Below are positions 8,346 through 16,374 of a stretch of DNA of 49,607 nt, piece after piece. Made by a program: the position numbers and the translations under genes. This DNA is from Deltaproteobacteria bacterium. Its GTDB lineage: Bacteria > Myxococcota_A > Polyangia > Polyangiales > Houyiibacteriaceae. Numbering within the stretch: position 1 is the first letter of the stretch; each line of letters opens with the position of its first letter. The notes under the pieces are model-generated. The model saw only the letters and a list, made by a program, of their open reading frames with translations, searched no databases and had not been told where the DNA came from. The stretch is from NCBI GenBank assembly GCA_034670305.1, contig JAXMNT010000057.1:1-49607 (forward strand). Direction: 5' to 3'.

Positions 8346-9967
8346 TCGACCGTGATCGTCTGTGCGTACGGGAGCACCACCGGGTTGCCGTTGAAGTCCA
8401 CGATGCCGCCCGCCATCACCTCGAGCGTATAGCTGCCTGGTTCGAGGGCGCAGAATGGGTGGAAGTTCACGATGCTCTCCTGCGCGCTGACCGTCCCGGG
8501 GATGCGGCCGGTCTCGGGTTCGCCGGTTCGGTACAGGCGCACCGATCCTTCGAACGCGCTCTTCGGATCGACGAACTCGTTGAACGTCACGCCGAAGCGG
8601 GACGTCGGCGCGACGACGGCGTCGGGTGGGGGCCACGCCCAGGTGACGAAGGGCGGCGTGGTGTCCGGCTCGAGCGCGTAGGGCGCGACCGCGCTGCCTT
8701 GCCCGTCGTTCGCGCCCGCGTCGACGCTGAGGATGGCGACGTTGCCGATCGGCGTGACCGTATCGAGGTCGCCCTCCAGCGAGACGTTGCCGACCACTTC
8801 GATGTTCGAGAGGTCCGAGATGTCGAAGACGTACCCGCCCGCGCTGTCGCCGGCGCCTTCGAAGGCGAGGTCGTCCTTCACGAACACGTAGCCGCCGCCG
8901 CCGGGCATCGGAAGATCGCCGGCGAAGGTCGGTCGGCTGGGATCGCGGATGTCGTAGACGATGATTCCGGCGCCCCCGTCCTTGCGGGCGAAGAAGAGCA
9001 GCCCGTTCGCGACGTTGGTGAAGTAGGCCTCGCGCACTTCGCCTTCGCCGTCGTGTGCGAGGAAGTCTCCGCCGCCGATCGGCATCGGTGCGAGCGGGTC
9101 GGAGATGTCGAGTAGGACCACCCGCGCGCCTTCGGCTGCGGTGACGACGAGCAAGTTGCCGATGGCCTGCACCTGACCGACCTGCATGGTCGGCTCGAAG
9201 CTCACGGTGTCGACGTAGCGCGCTGCCCGTGGGTCGGTCGCATCGCCGATCCACACGCCGTTCTGGGCGCCGCCCACGTAGACGTAGGGCACCTGCCAGA
9301 AGACGCTCAGTCCCACCCGCGTGTAGCTGTCCGGGTAGAAGAAGCCGGGGAAGTCGAGTTCGCCGACCACGGTGGGCGCGCTCGTGTCGCTCACGTCCCA
9401 GAACTCCACGCCGCCGTCGGCGAAGAGGCCGCTGATGTGGTTTACGACCGCATAGGATCCGTCGAGGTGGGAGAACCCGAGCGCGTGGGTCTCGCGCATG
9501 TGTTCGCTCAGCCCCACGCCGCGTTCGATGGGCGCGCACGGGTCGGTGATGTCCCAGAACGTGAGGCCCCCGCGCCCCTCCTCGGGGGCCCAGGGCATCA
9601 GCAAGTATCCGTCGTACATCGTCAGCAGGTTGTGGTGCTGCCGATCGGTCTCGTGGCCGCTCAGGAACGCGCAGTTCACGAAGAGCTCGTCCTCGGTGAA
9701 CGTGCGCTGCGGTCCTCCAGGTCCATCGTTGCCGCCCCACGCGTCGGGCGCCGGGTAGGGCAGCCCGGCTTCTCGGCCGCACAACATCGTGGAGGGCAAC
9801 GGACCCGCGTCGGTGCCGGCGTCCGTGCCCGCATCCGGCCGCGCGGCGTCTCTTCCGGCGTCCACGCTCGCGTCCGAGCCGGCGTCCACGGGCGGCGCCG
9901 AGTCGTCCCCGCAGGCAAGGGCGAACACGAGCAGCAGAACCAGGCCAGGGTGGGAACGTTGGTGCAC
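8342..9967 (-). CDS. LVIVD-repeat beta-propeller lipoprotein with C-terminal Ig-like (Big_5/SbsA-type) domain
   Basis: Start re-called to GTG 9967. Lipobox ALAC-GDD. Repeated blades LTFWDITDP, VEFWDVSD, VVLLDISDP, IIVYDIRDP and YVFDISD. C-terminal DTTPP...VTFNE...LEPGSYTLEV...IVDFNGNP. Confidence 0.8.
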   Translation of the reverse strand: MHQRSHPGLVLLLVFALACGDDSAPPVDAGSDASVDAGRDAARPDAGTDAGTDAGPLPSTMLCGREAGLPYPAPDAWGGNDGPGGPQRTFTEDELFVNCAFLSGHETDRQHHNLLTMYDGYLLMPWAPEEGRGGLTFWDITDPCAPIERGVGLSEHMRETHALGFSHLDGSYAVVNHISGLFADGGVEFWDVSDTSAPTVVGELDFPGFFYPDSYTRVGLSVFWQVPYVYVGGAQNGVWIGDATDPRAARYVDTVSFEPTMQVGQVQAIGNLLVVTAAEGARVVLLDISDPLAPMPIGGGDFLAHDGEGEVREAYFTNVANGLLFFARKDGGAGIIVYDIRDPSRPTFAGDLPMPGGGGYVFVKDDLAFEGAGDSAGGYVFDISDLSNIEVVGNVSLEGDLDTVTPIGNVAILSVDAGANDGQGSAVAPYALEPDTTPPFVTWAWPPPDAVVAPTSRFGVTFNEFVDPKSAFEGSVRLYRTGEPETGRIPGTVSAQESIVNFHPFCALEPGSYTLEVMAGGIVDFNGNPVVLPYAQTITVE

Positions 9968-10071
9968 GCCCCAATCATAGGACACCCCCTGGGCGGTTGG
10001 CGGTTTCAGCTCCGGCGCGGGTCGTGCGGGTGGACCCTTGCGTGCCATGGGAGCCCGTGGTTGGTTGGACC

Positions 10072-10866
10072 GTGTCCAACCTCGTGGTCTCACTCGCCCT
10101 CGTCTGTGGCCTCTTGGGTTGCTCCACCGAAGCCGCCCCCGCGCCGCGCACTCCGACCGAACACCCGGAGCCGGCGGCGGAGACCGAGCCGGCACAGCGC
10201 GAGGACGAGGAGCCGGCTGCCCGGGCGCCGCTAGAGGTCATCGAACACGGCACCGGAGACCGCGCGCTCGTCCTGCTTCATGGGTACGGCTCGAACGCGG
10301 AGGACATGGAAGGGTTCGTGCGTGCGGCGGACCTCGGCGACGGTGTGCGGGTGGTGTTTCCGACCGCGCCCAACGCCTGGCGCGGTGGCGGTGCGGGACG
10401 CGCGTGGTTCGAGCCACCGCGCAGCCGCATGCACGAAGACGAAGGCCGGACCATTCGCGAAGTCGCGTCCGCCCGCGCCCAGATCGGGGAGATGCTGGAC
10501 GCGCTCGAAAGCCGCGGGGTACCGAGCGGACAGGTGGTCCTCGGCGGGTTCAGCCAGGGCGCGATGATGTCGCTCGACTTCGCCCTCCACGACGACCGAG
10601 CGCTCGCTGGGGTGGCCGTGCTCTCGGGGGCGCCCCTGCCCACGTGGGCCCCGCGCTACGCCCGGCGGGCCGGCGGGCACGTCTTTTTGAGCCACGGGCA
10701 GCGCGACGACGTCCTGCCCTTCGCCGACGCGGAGACGATGCGCGACGCGCTCCGGGCGGCGGGTGCAAACGTGGAGTGGGTCCCGTTCGACGACGGACAC
10801 ACGCTGCCGGCGGAGATCAAACGTGGGCTGATCGCGTTCACGAGGGCGCGGTTGGCGGCGGAGTAG
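10072..10866 (+). CDS. Phospholipase/carboxylesterase (alpha/beta hydrolase), probable lipoprotein
   Basis: LLHGYGS, nucleophile elbow GGFSQG, HGQRDDV and GH catalytic His. Lipobox LLGC. Start uncertain (GTG 10072; frame open from 9997). Confidence 0.85.
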   Translation: MSNLVVSLALVCGLLGCSTEAAPAPRTPTEHPEPAAETEPAQREDEEPAARAPLEVIEHGTGDRALVLLHGYGSNAEDMEGFVRAADLGDGVRVVFPTAPNAWRGGGAGRAWFEPPRSRMHEDEGRTIREVASARAQIGEMLDALESRGVPSGQVVLGGFSQGAMMSLDFALHDDRALAGVAVLSGAPLPTWAPRYARRAGGHVFLSHGQRDDVLPFADAETMRDALRAAGANVEWVPFDDGHTLPAEIKRGLIAFTRARLAAE

Positions 10867-10882
10867 CGAAGCCGACGTCGTA

Positions 10883-11165
10883 GCCGAAGAGCCGAAGCGA
10901 TGCCGGTGCCGATGCCGATGCCGAGCCCGATGCCGAAGCCGATGCCGATGCCGAAGCCGAAGCCGAAGCCGAAGCCGAAGCCGAAGCCGAAGCCGATGCC
11001 GAAGCCGACGCCGAAGCCGATGCCGAAGCCGAAGCCGACGCCGATTCCGATGCCGATGCCGAAGCCGGCGCCGAAGCCGATGCCGAAGCCGATGCCGAAG
11101 CCGAAGCCGAAGCCGAGCCCGATGCCGAAGCCGATGCCGAAGCCGAAGCCGAAGCCGATGCCGAT
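10883..11165. repeat. Hexanucleotide tandem array (GCCGAA/GCCGAT)n, roughly 45 units
   Basis: Directly visible. Lies between convergent genes and abuts the CTAG of the element at 11166. Confidence 0.95.
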
Positions 11166-11354
11166 CTAGCAGGCTGCTGAAGAACGCCCGCAGGGCGTTC
11201 TCGCAGCCTGCTCCTTGCCCCTGCCCTTGCCTTTGCCCTTGCCCGCGGATCAGCGGTCAGATCGCTTGATCAGCGCGACGAGCATCGCGACGCGGGCAAG
11301 GGCACGGGCAAGGGCAACGGCAAGGGAGCAGGTCGCTTTTCAGCGACCTGCTAG
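11166..11354. mobile_element. MITE/REP-like element, variant A, complete (189 bp including both CTAG)
   Basis: Imperfect terminal inverted repeats CTAGCAGGCTGCTGAA...TTCAGCGACCTGCTAG. Terminal hairpins and a ~35 bp internal inverted repeat of (GCCCTT)n/(AAGGGC)n. Near-identical copy at 49485-49607. Confidence 0.85.
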
Positions 11355-11956
11355 TTCGGGAGGTCGGTGGCGGGGGGTGGGGTGCCGGCGAGGCCGCGGA
11401 GCCAGAAGTACACGACGCTCAGGGCGCCGAGGGCGAGCCCGACGACAACGCCGCCGTCGATGATGCCGCGCCAAGGTTGGGCGAGTTGTCGGACCGCGAC
11501 GATGACCGCGACGATGACGATCACGAACGTCCAGCTCACGATCTTCTGACGCTTGGTGCTGTGAAAGAGGCTCATGCAGAACGGGAGCGCGAGCACGACG
11601 TGCAGCGGGGTCTTCGTCTGGCCGAGGTGAAAGGCGCGCGCGACGACGCGGGGGGAGAACCGTTTGTGGAATCCCCGGTAGCCCTCGGCGTACGCGTTGA
11701 AGAGCGCGAAGAGGACGTACACGACCTTCTGCCAGGTCGACATCGAACCGTCGCGCCAGGGTTCGATCGCGAGCGGCGTCAGGCGGTAGAGCGCTTGGCC
11801 GAGCAGCAAGAGCACGAGCAAGACGCCAAACGTCGCGATGAGTTTGGAGCCGGTGTAGGGCGGCTTTTCAGCGCGGTCGCCAGCGACCACCGCGGCGCGG
11901 TCTTGAGCCACCGCAGCGCGGTCGTCGGCCATCGCAGTGGTGGAGACGTCGTTCAT
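11351..11956 (-). CDS. Hypothetical multi-pass membrane protein
   Basis: Four to five hydrophobic helices and a motif-like YAEGYRGFHKRFSPRVVARA. Its TAG stop is the element's right CTAG. Confidence 0.75.
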   Translation of the reverse strand: MNDVSTTAMADDRAAVAQDRAAVVAGDRAEKPPYTGSKLIATFGVLLVLLLLGQALYRLTPLAIEPWRDGSMSTWQKVVYVLFALFNAYAEGYRGFHKRFSPRVVARAFHLGQTKTPLHVVLALPFCMSLFHSTKRQKIVSWTFVIVIVAVIVAVRQLAQPWRGIIDGGVVVGLALGALSVVYFWLRGLAGTPPPATDLPN

Positions 11957-12013
11957 CCGCGTCGCACGTCATCCCGCGGATGGGTGGCCGGGTCAACAGG
12001 CGCAGCCGTCGGG

Positions 12014-12066
12014 CGTCCAGGCATCAGTCGTCCAGGCATCAATCGTCCAGGCATCAGTCGTCCAGG
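12014..12066. repeat. 15-bp tandem repeat (CGTCCAGGCATCAGT) x3.5 spanning the sppA stop codon
   Basis: The minus strand reads CTG GAC GAC TGA TGC repeated in frame. Confidence 0.9.
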
Positions 12067-14510
12067 GCGACCGGACCGGGCAACATCGCCATCGGAATGC
12101 CGGCGCGGGTGTGGCGCAGTGCGAACGCGAAGTCGAGGGCATGGCGCGCGCCCGGTCCGAGGGCCGGGCGGCTCGAGGACGCGGGCGCCTCGATCGCCGA
12201 GCGTGGCAAACCGAGTGCATCCGTGACGTAGTCGGCGAGAGACGAGGGGCGCGAGGGCACGAACGCGGCGGGGGTGTCCATCGGCACGTCCGCGAGTTCC
12301 CGGGCCCGGTCGAGTGCGGCTGCGAATCCACCGAGGTGGTCGACCAAGCCCCGCGCATGGGCGGCGTCGCCGGTCCACACGCGTCCGCGCGCCAGCGCGT
12401 CGACTTCGGTGCGCGTCATGCCGCGGGCCTCGCCAACTCGATCGAGGAACAGCACGTACCAGCGGCGGATGAGATCGGCGAGCTGCGCGCGCTCTTCGCC
12501 GGTGAAGGGCCGGAAGAGACTGGTGGCGCCGGCGTGTCGACCACGCTGCAGTTGTTCGGTCGTGACGCCGAGCTCTTCGGCGAGTGGGGCGAAGTCGGCT
12601 TTGCCGAAGAAGATCCCGATCGAGCCGGTGATGGTGCTGGGGGCCGCCCAGATCTCGTTCGCTGCAGCCGCGACGTAGTAGCCGCCGCTCGCCGCCAGCG
12701 ATCCCATCGAGGCGATCACGGGTTTCTGCTTTCGTGCGCGGCGGATGGCCCGCCAGATCGCATCGCTCGCGAGGGCTGAACCGCCCGGGCTGTCGACCCG
12801 AATCACGATGGCGCCGATGCTCGAGTCGGCGGCGAGCTGGTCGATCGCCGCGACCACGGTCCGCCCGCCGCTCTGATGGATCTCCAGCACTGGGTAGTCG
12901 ACGTTGTTGCCATCCACGATCGTGCCGTCGATGACGACCACACCGATGCGTTTCGGTCGCCCGACGGAGTGCACTTCGTCGCGGGGGCGGTCGGTCCGGC
13001 GGCGGTTCGTTCCGATCAAGGCCTCGAGTGGATCGCCGAGGTCGTGATCGTCGAGCGCGGACTCCACGAGTCCGAGCGCAATGGCGTCTTCGGTGGCGTA
13101 GGGACCCTCGTCGAACCAGCGCGCCATGTCGGCGACCGACACACCGTGGTCCGATGCCATGTCGGTGTGCAGCCGGGTCGCGACGTCGTCGAGCAACGCC
13201 TCGCGCACCTGGCGCGCCGGGGCCGACATGCGGCCGTTCGTGTACGACTCGACCGCCGACTTGAAGTCGCCGATGCGTACGAAGTCTGTCCGCACGCCGA
13301 GCCGGCGCAGCGCGTCCCCGTAGAGCTGAACGGTCAACGAAGGACCGAGTACCCGCGCGTAGCCGGCCGGGTCCATGTAGGTCTGGTTCGCGGCGCCGCA
13401 GATGTAGAGTTCCGCGCCCGTCGCGGCGTCGAGGTGGCACACCACCGGTTTGCCGGCGGCGCGCAAAGCACCGATCGCCTGGCGGATCTCCTGGGCGTGC
13501 GCGAGCCCGACGCCCGTGGATCGCAGGCGGAGCAACACGCCGCGCACCCGGCGGTCGAATCGGTCTTGGTCCAGCCGGGCGAGCAGACCGAGCGTGCCGC
13601 GGGCACCGGCGCTGCGGATCTCCAGGTCGTCGACCCACTGGCCGATCGGGATGCCCTCGGCGTCGTGGGCCTGCGCCAACCGCGCACCCACGAACCAACC
13701 TCGGTCGGTGCCGCTTCCGAACAGCGTGCCGCCGCCGATGGTGGCGCGGTCGAGTTGGATCTCGGCACCCACGAGCGCTTGCCAGTCCCCGCCGAGCCGC
13801 ACGTCTTCTCCCGCGAGCACGCCCCACAAACGTCCGACCCGCGGCACCTGGACCGTGGCCAGTCCGCGCAGCGCCAAGCGTCCGTCGGTGTCCACCGCGG
13901 CCACCAACTCCAGACCGATCGCGTCGTTGCCGAGCGGCCGGAACTGTCCGCCGACTTCGAGGCTCGCGGGCAAGTCGGCGTCGGAGCCGACGAGACCGGC
14001 CGGACCGAGTGGGTCGCGCACGACGGCGCCGACCGCGAAGTACCGGCTGGGTGCCCACTGAAGGCCAAGATCGAGTGTCGCGGTGCCACCGAGGGCGCCT
14101 TGCGCGCTCAGAAAGCGCACAGCGCCACCCACGGAGAGGGTGCTGCTCTGCGCCCACGCGAGGGCCAAGGAGAACCGGCCGCGTTCGTCGCCCGGTGCGC
14201 CGAAGGTGGGCCGCACCCAGTCGGCGCCTACGCCAAACGCAAAGTTCAGCGGCAGCGGCGTCACCGCGTACAACGCGTCTCCGCGCTCGATGGGCTCCGA
14301 GTCCGGTCCCTCGACGTGGGCGTACGCGACTTCCCAGCCCGCCAACCTCGGCATGGCGGCGGGGTTGGTCTCGAGGGCGAAGGCACCCGCCGGCGCCGCG
14401 ATCGATCCCCCGGGAAGCTGAACGGCGCCCGTGTTGCGCCGGAGTTGTGCGGAGGTGGGGTTCGCCGACAGAAGCCCGACGAACACGGCGAGACACGAGA
14501 ATCGCTTCAT
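12054..14510 (-). CDS. sppA: Signal peptide peptidase SppA (S49, tandem-domain type) with an N-terminal putative beta-barrel domain
   Basis: Start re-called to ATG 14510 (TGATG overlap). IGDFKSAVE (Lys), RVDSPGGS, SMGSLAASGGYY (Ser), TITGSIG and GRVWTG. Confidence 0.92.
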   Translation of the reverse strand: MKRFSCLAVFVGLLSANPTSAQLRRNTGAVQLPGGSIAAPAGAFALETNPAAMPRLAGWEVAYAHVEGPDSEPIERGDALYAVTPLPLNFAFGVGADWVRPTFGAPGDERGRFSLALAWAQSSTLSVGGAVRFLSAQGALGGTATLDLGLQWAPSRYFAVGAVVRDPLGPAGLVGSDADLPASLEVGGQFRPLGNDAIGLELVAAVDTDGRLALRGLATVQVPRVGRLWGVLAGEDVRLGGDWQALVGAEIQLDRATIGGGTLFGSGTDRGWFVGARLAQAHDAEGIPIGQWVDDLEIRSAGARGTLGLLARLDQDRFDRRVRGVLLRLRSTGVGLAHAQEIRQAIGALRAAGKPVVCHLDAATGAELYICGAANQTYMDPAGYARVLGPSLTVQLYGDALRRLGVRTDFVRIGDFKSAVESYTNGRMSAPARQVREALLDDVATRLHTDMASDHGVSVADMARWFDEGPYATEDAIALGLVESALDDHDLGDPLEALIGTNRRRTDRPRDEVHSVGRPKRIGVVVIDGTIVDGNNVDYPVLEIHQSGGRTVVAAIDQLAADSSIGAIVIRVDSPGGSALASDAIWRAIRRARKQKPVIASMGSLAASGGYYVAAAANEIWAAPSTITGSIGIFFGKADFAPLAEELGVTTEQLQRGRHAGATSLFRPFTGEERAQLADLIRRWYVLFLDRVGEARGMTRTEVDALARGRVWTGDAAHARGLVDHLGGFAAALDRARELADVPMDTPAAFVPSRPSSLADYVTDALGLPRSAIEAPASSSRPALGPGARHALDFAFALRHTRAGIPMAMLPGPVALDD

Positions 14511-16345
14511 CAGTCGCCGAGGATTCCGTCGAGGTAGGCGGGGCTGTCGCCGCACAGACGCGTGGCGCTGAAGCCCGGTTCGCCGGCCCGTTCGCCGAGC
14601 GGACGGTCCCCACCCGAATCCATCAGGCAGCCGGGGCCATCGCCCGCGTTGTGGAACACGCGAGAGGAACCGAAGGGGTCGGCGAGGCCGAGGCTGTGAC
14701 CGATCTCGTGCGCCGAAGTCTCCCCGATGATCGATGAGAGCGCGTCGATCGCGTGTTCGACTTCGGAGGCGCGGCTGCCTTCGCCGCGCACCTCCGCGAG
14801 CGTGGCGGGGGTGGCGCGCACCCCGTCGAAGATCTCGTCGAAGAGCGGATCGGGGTCGGGGCCGCCGGTGGGCAATCCTTCGGGCGGGTGCTCCGAGAAT
14901 CCGAACAGGGACTCCACGAACACGCCCCCGAAGCCAGGGAAGCCGTCCATCTGGGTCTCGGCGTTCGCGCCGCCGATCGCGTCGAAGAGCCGGAGGTTGT
15001 TCACGTCCTTGCCGGGGGTGTTGTCGTAGCCGAAGAGGCCGCGGCCGTTGGGGTCGGGTCCACCGATCTCGACCACCGAGTACCCCTGCGGGGAGAAGTC
15101 GTCCGGACGTTCGAGCCGCACGTCCACATGCCAATCGGCGTAGATGCCCTCGATGCGATCGGCGACGCGCTGTTCGAACATGCCCGCTGAGGCGGCGAGT
15201 CCAAACCGCGCGAGGCTGTCGTAGAAGCCGGGCAGAAAACGCAGCCAGATCACCTGGGTGATCGGTCCGAGCACGAGGGTCAGGGGCGCCGCCGAGCCCA
15301 CCACTTCCTCGCGGCCGCGAATGATGACGGGCACGACGGTGCCTTCGAACCGTCCACGCGCCACGCCGAAGAGTTCGGAGACCAGTCGGTCCCCGGCGAC
15401 GATCGCGCTCACCGGGCCGATGAGCTCCTCGTCGCTCTGGTACCCGAGCACGAGTTCGGCCGGGCCGACCGGTACCGGACCACCGCCCTGAGGCGTGAAC
15501 ATCCCGGTCGCGCGCAGCAGCGTCACCTCGTCGTCTTCGGCGCCCAAGAACCCTGCGCCGCGAACCCGCACAAGCTGCTCGAGCGAGATGTCGCTCGGGG
15601 TGACGGAGAAGACCTCGGGGGTGCCGAAGCGGAGCGTGGTGTCGAAGGGCGCGCTGCTTGTTGGCGGGCCTCCGAAGATCAGCGTCGACTCCAGCTGGAT
15701 GGTGCCGACGAACGTGCCCGGCTGAATGCCGCCGACTCCGGCGCCGAGACGCACCAGTCCGCGGGTGCGGTCGCCGAACTCGGCGATGGAGACGGGGATG
15801 ATCGAATCTACCGCGCTCGGCGAACCGCCCTCAGGGGTGAACTCGCCGCTGAAACGCGCTTCCACGGATCCTTCGTTGGGTTCCAGAAATCCATCGCCGT
15901 CCAGCACGGCGAGCGCGCCGCGGTTGACGCTGCCCGAGGGACCGCCGGTCAAGACGATCGGAATGTCGTGGGCGATGCGCAGCGTGAAGTCGAACGGCTC
16001 GCTCTCGACGTCGTCGTCGCCGAGTACGCGGAGTGTGACCGAGTGGGTGCCTTCGCCGAGGACCGAGACCAGCACCGAGCTGAGCGGAAACCGCACTTCG
16101 TCGGAGGCGATGGGCAGGTCCGCTGTCAGGTTGAACGGGGCGTCGCCGGTGGGCTGCACCGCGAGGCGCGGCGAATCACCGGCCGCGTCCAGGTTCGCGA
16201 CCACGAGCCGCAGCATGGTGCCTTGGGTCTGCGGTGCGGTGACTCGGACTTCGAGGATCTCGGGCACGATGCCCATCGGGGGCGGTGCGTCGTCGCCACA
16301 GGCGAGGACCCCGAGCAGGAGCAACCACCCGAGGCGCGCACGCAC
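14510..16345 (-). CDS. Lipoprotein with Ig-like region and C-terminal metzincin-like Zn-metalloprotease domain
   Basis: Start re-called to GTG 16345. Lipobox VLAC-GDD. HEIGHSLGLAD zinc motif followed by a Met-turn-like CLMD. Confidence 0.8.
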   Translation of the reverse strand: MRARLGWLLLLGVLACGDDAPPPMGIVPEILEVRVTAPQTQGTMLRLVVANLDAAGDSPRLAVQPTGDAPFNLTADLPIASDEVRFPLSSVLVSVLGEGTHSVTLRVLGDDDVESEPFDFTLRIAHDIPIVLTGGPSGSVNRGALAVLDGDGFLEPNEGSVEARFSGEFTPEGGSPSAVDSIIPVSIAEFGDRTRGLVRLGAGVGGIQPGTFVGTIQLESTLIFGGPPTSSAPFDTTLRFGTPEVFSVTPSDISLEQLVRVRGAGFLGAEDDEVTLLRATGMFTPQGGGPVPVGPAELVLGYQSDEELIGPVSAIVAGDRLVSELFGVARGRFEGTVVPVIIRGREEVVGSAAPLTLVLGPITQVIWLRFLPGFYDSLARFGLAASAGMFEQRVADRIEGIYADWHVDVRLERPDDFSPQGYSVVEIGGPDPNGRGLFGYDNTPGKDVNNLRLFDAIGGANAETQMDGFPGFGGVFVESLFGFSEHPPEGLPTGGPDPDPLFDEIFDGVRATPATLAEVRGEGSRASEVEHAIDALSSIIGETSAHEIGHSLGLADPFGSSRVFHNAGDGPGCLMDSGGDRPLGERAGEPGFSATRLCGDSPAYLDGILGD

Positions 16346-16374
16346 TGCGTTTCGATTTCGAGCAAACACCGGGG

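Noticed and set aside
6117-9974. ORF-track 1285-aa protein, and similar extended calls 12054-15134, 16375-19920, 18939-21188, 22276-27072, 27069-29123, 32757-33986 and 46556-48847
   Set aside because: The N-terminal extensions are Arg-rich off-frame read of neighbouring genes. Real starts were identified by signal peptides and stop/start overlaps, so these are not fusions.
10900-11169. (MP/KP)n ORF as a bona fide gene
   Set aside because: Purely a translation of the hexamer array, with no RBS, and its stop is supplied by the element. Kept only as a speculative finding.
10883-12066. CRISPR array
   Set aside because: The repeats are contiguous tandem units without unique spacers, and there are no cas genes in the window.
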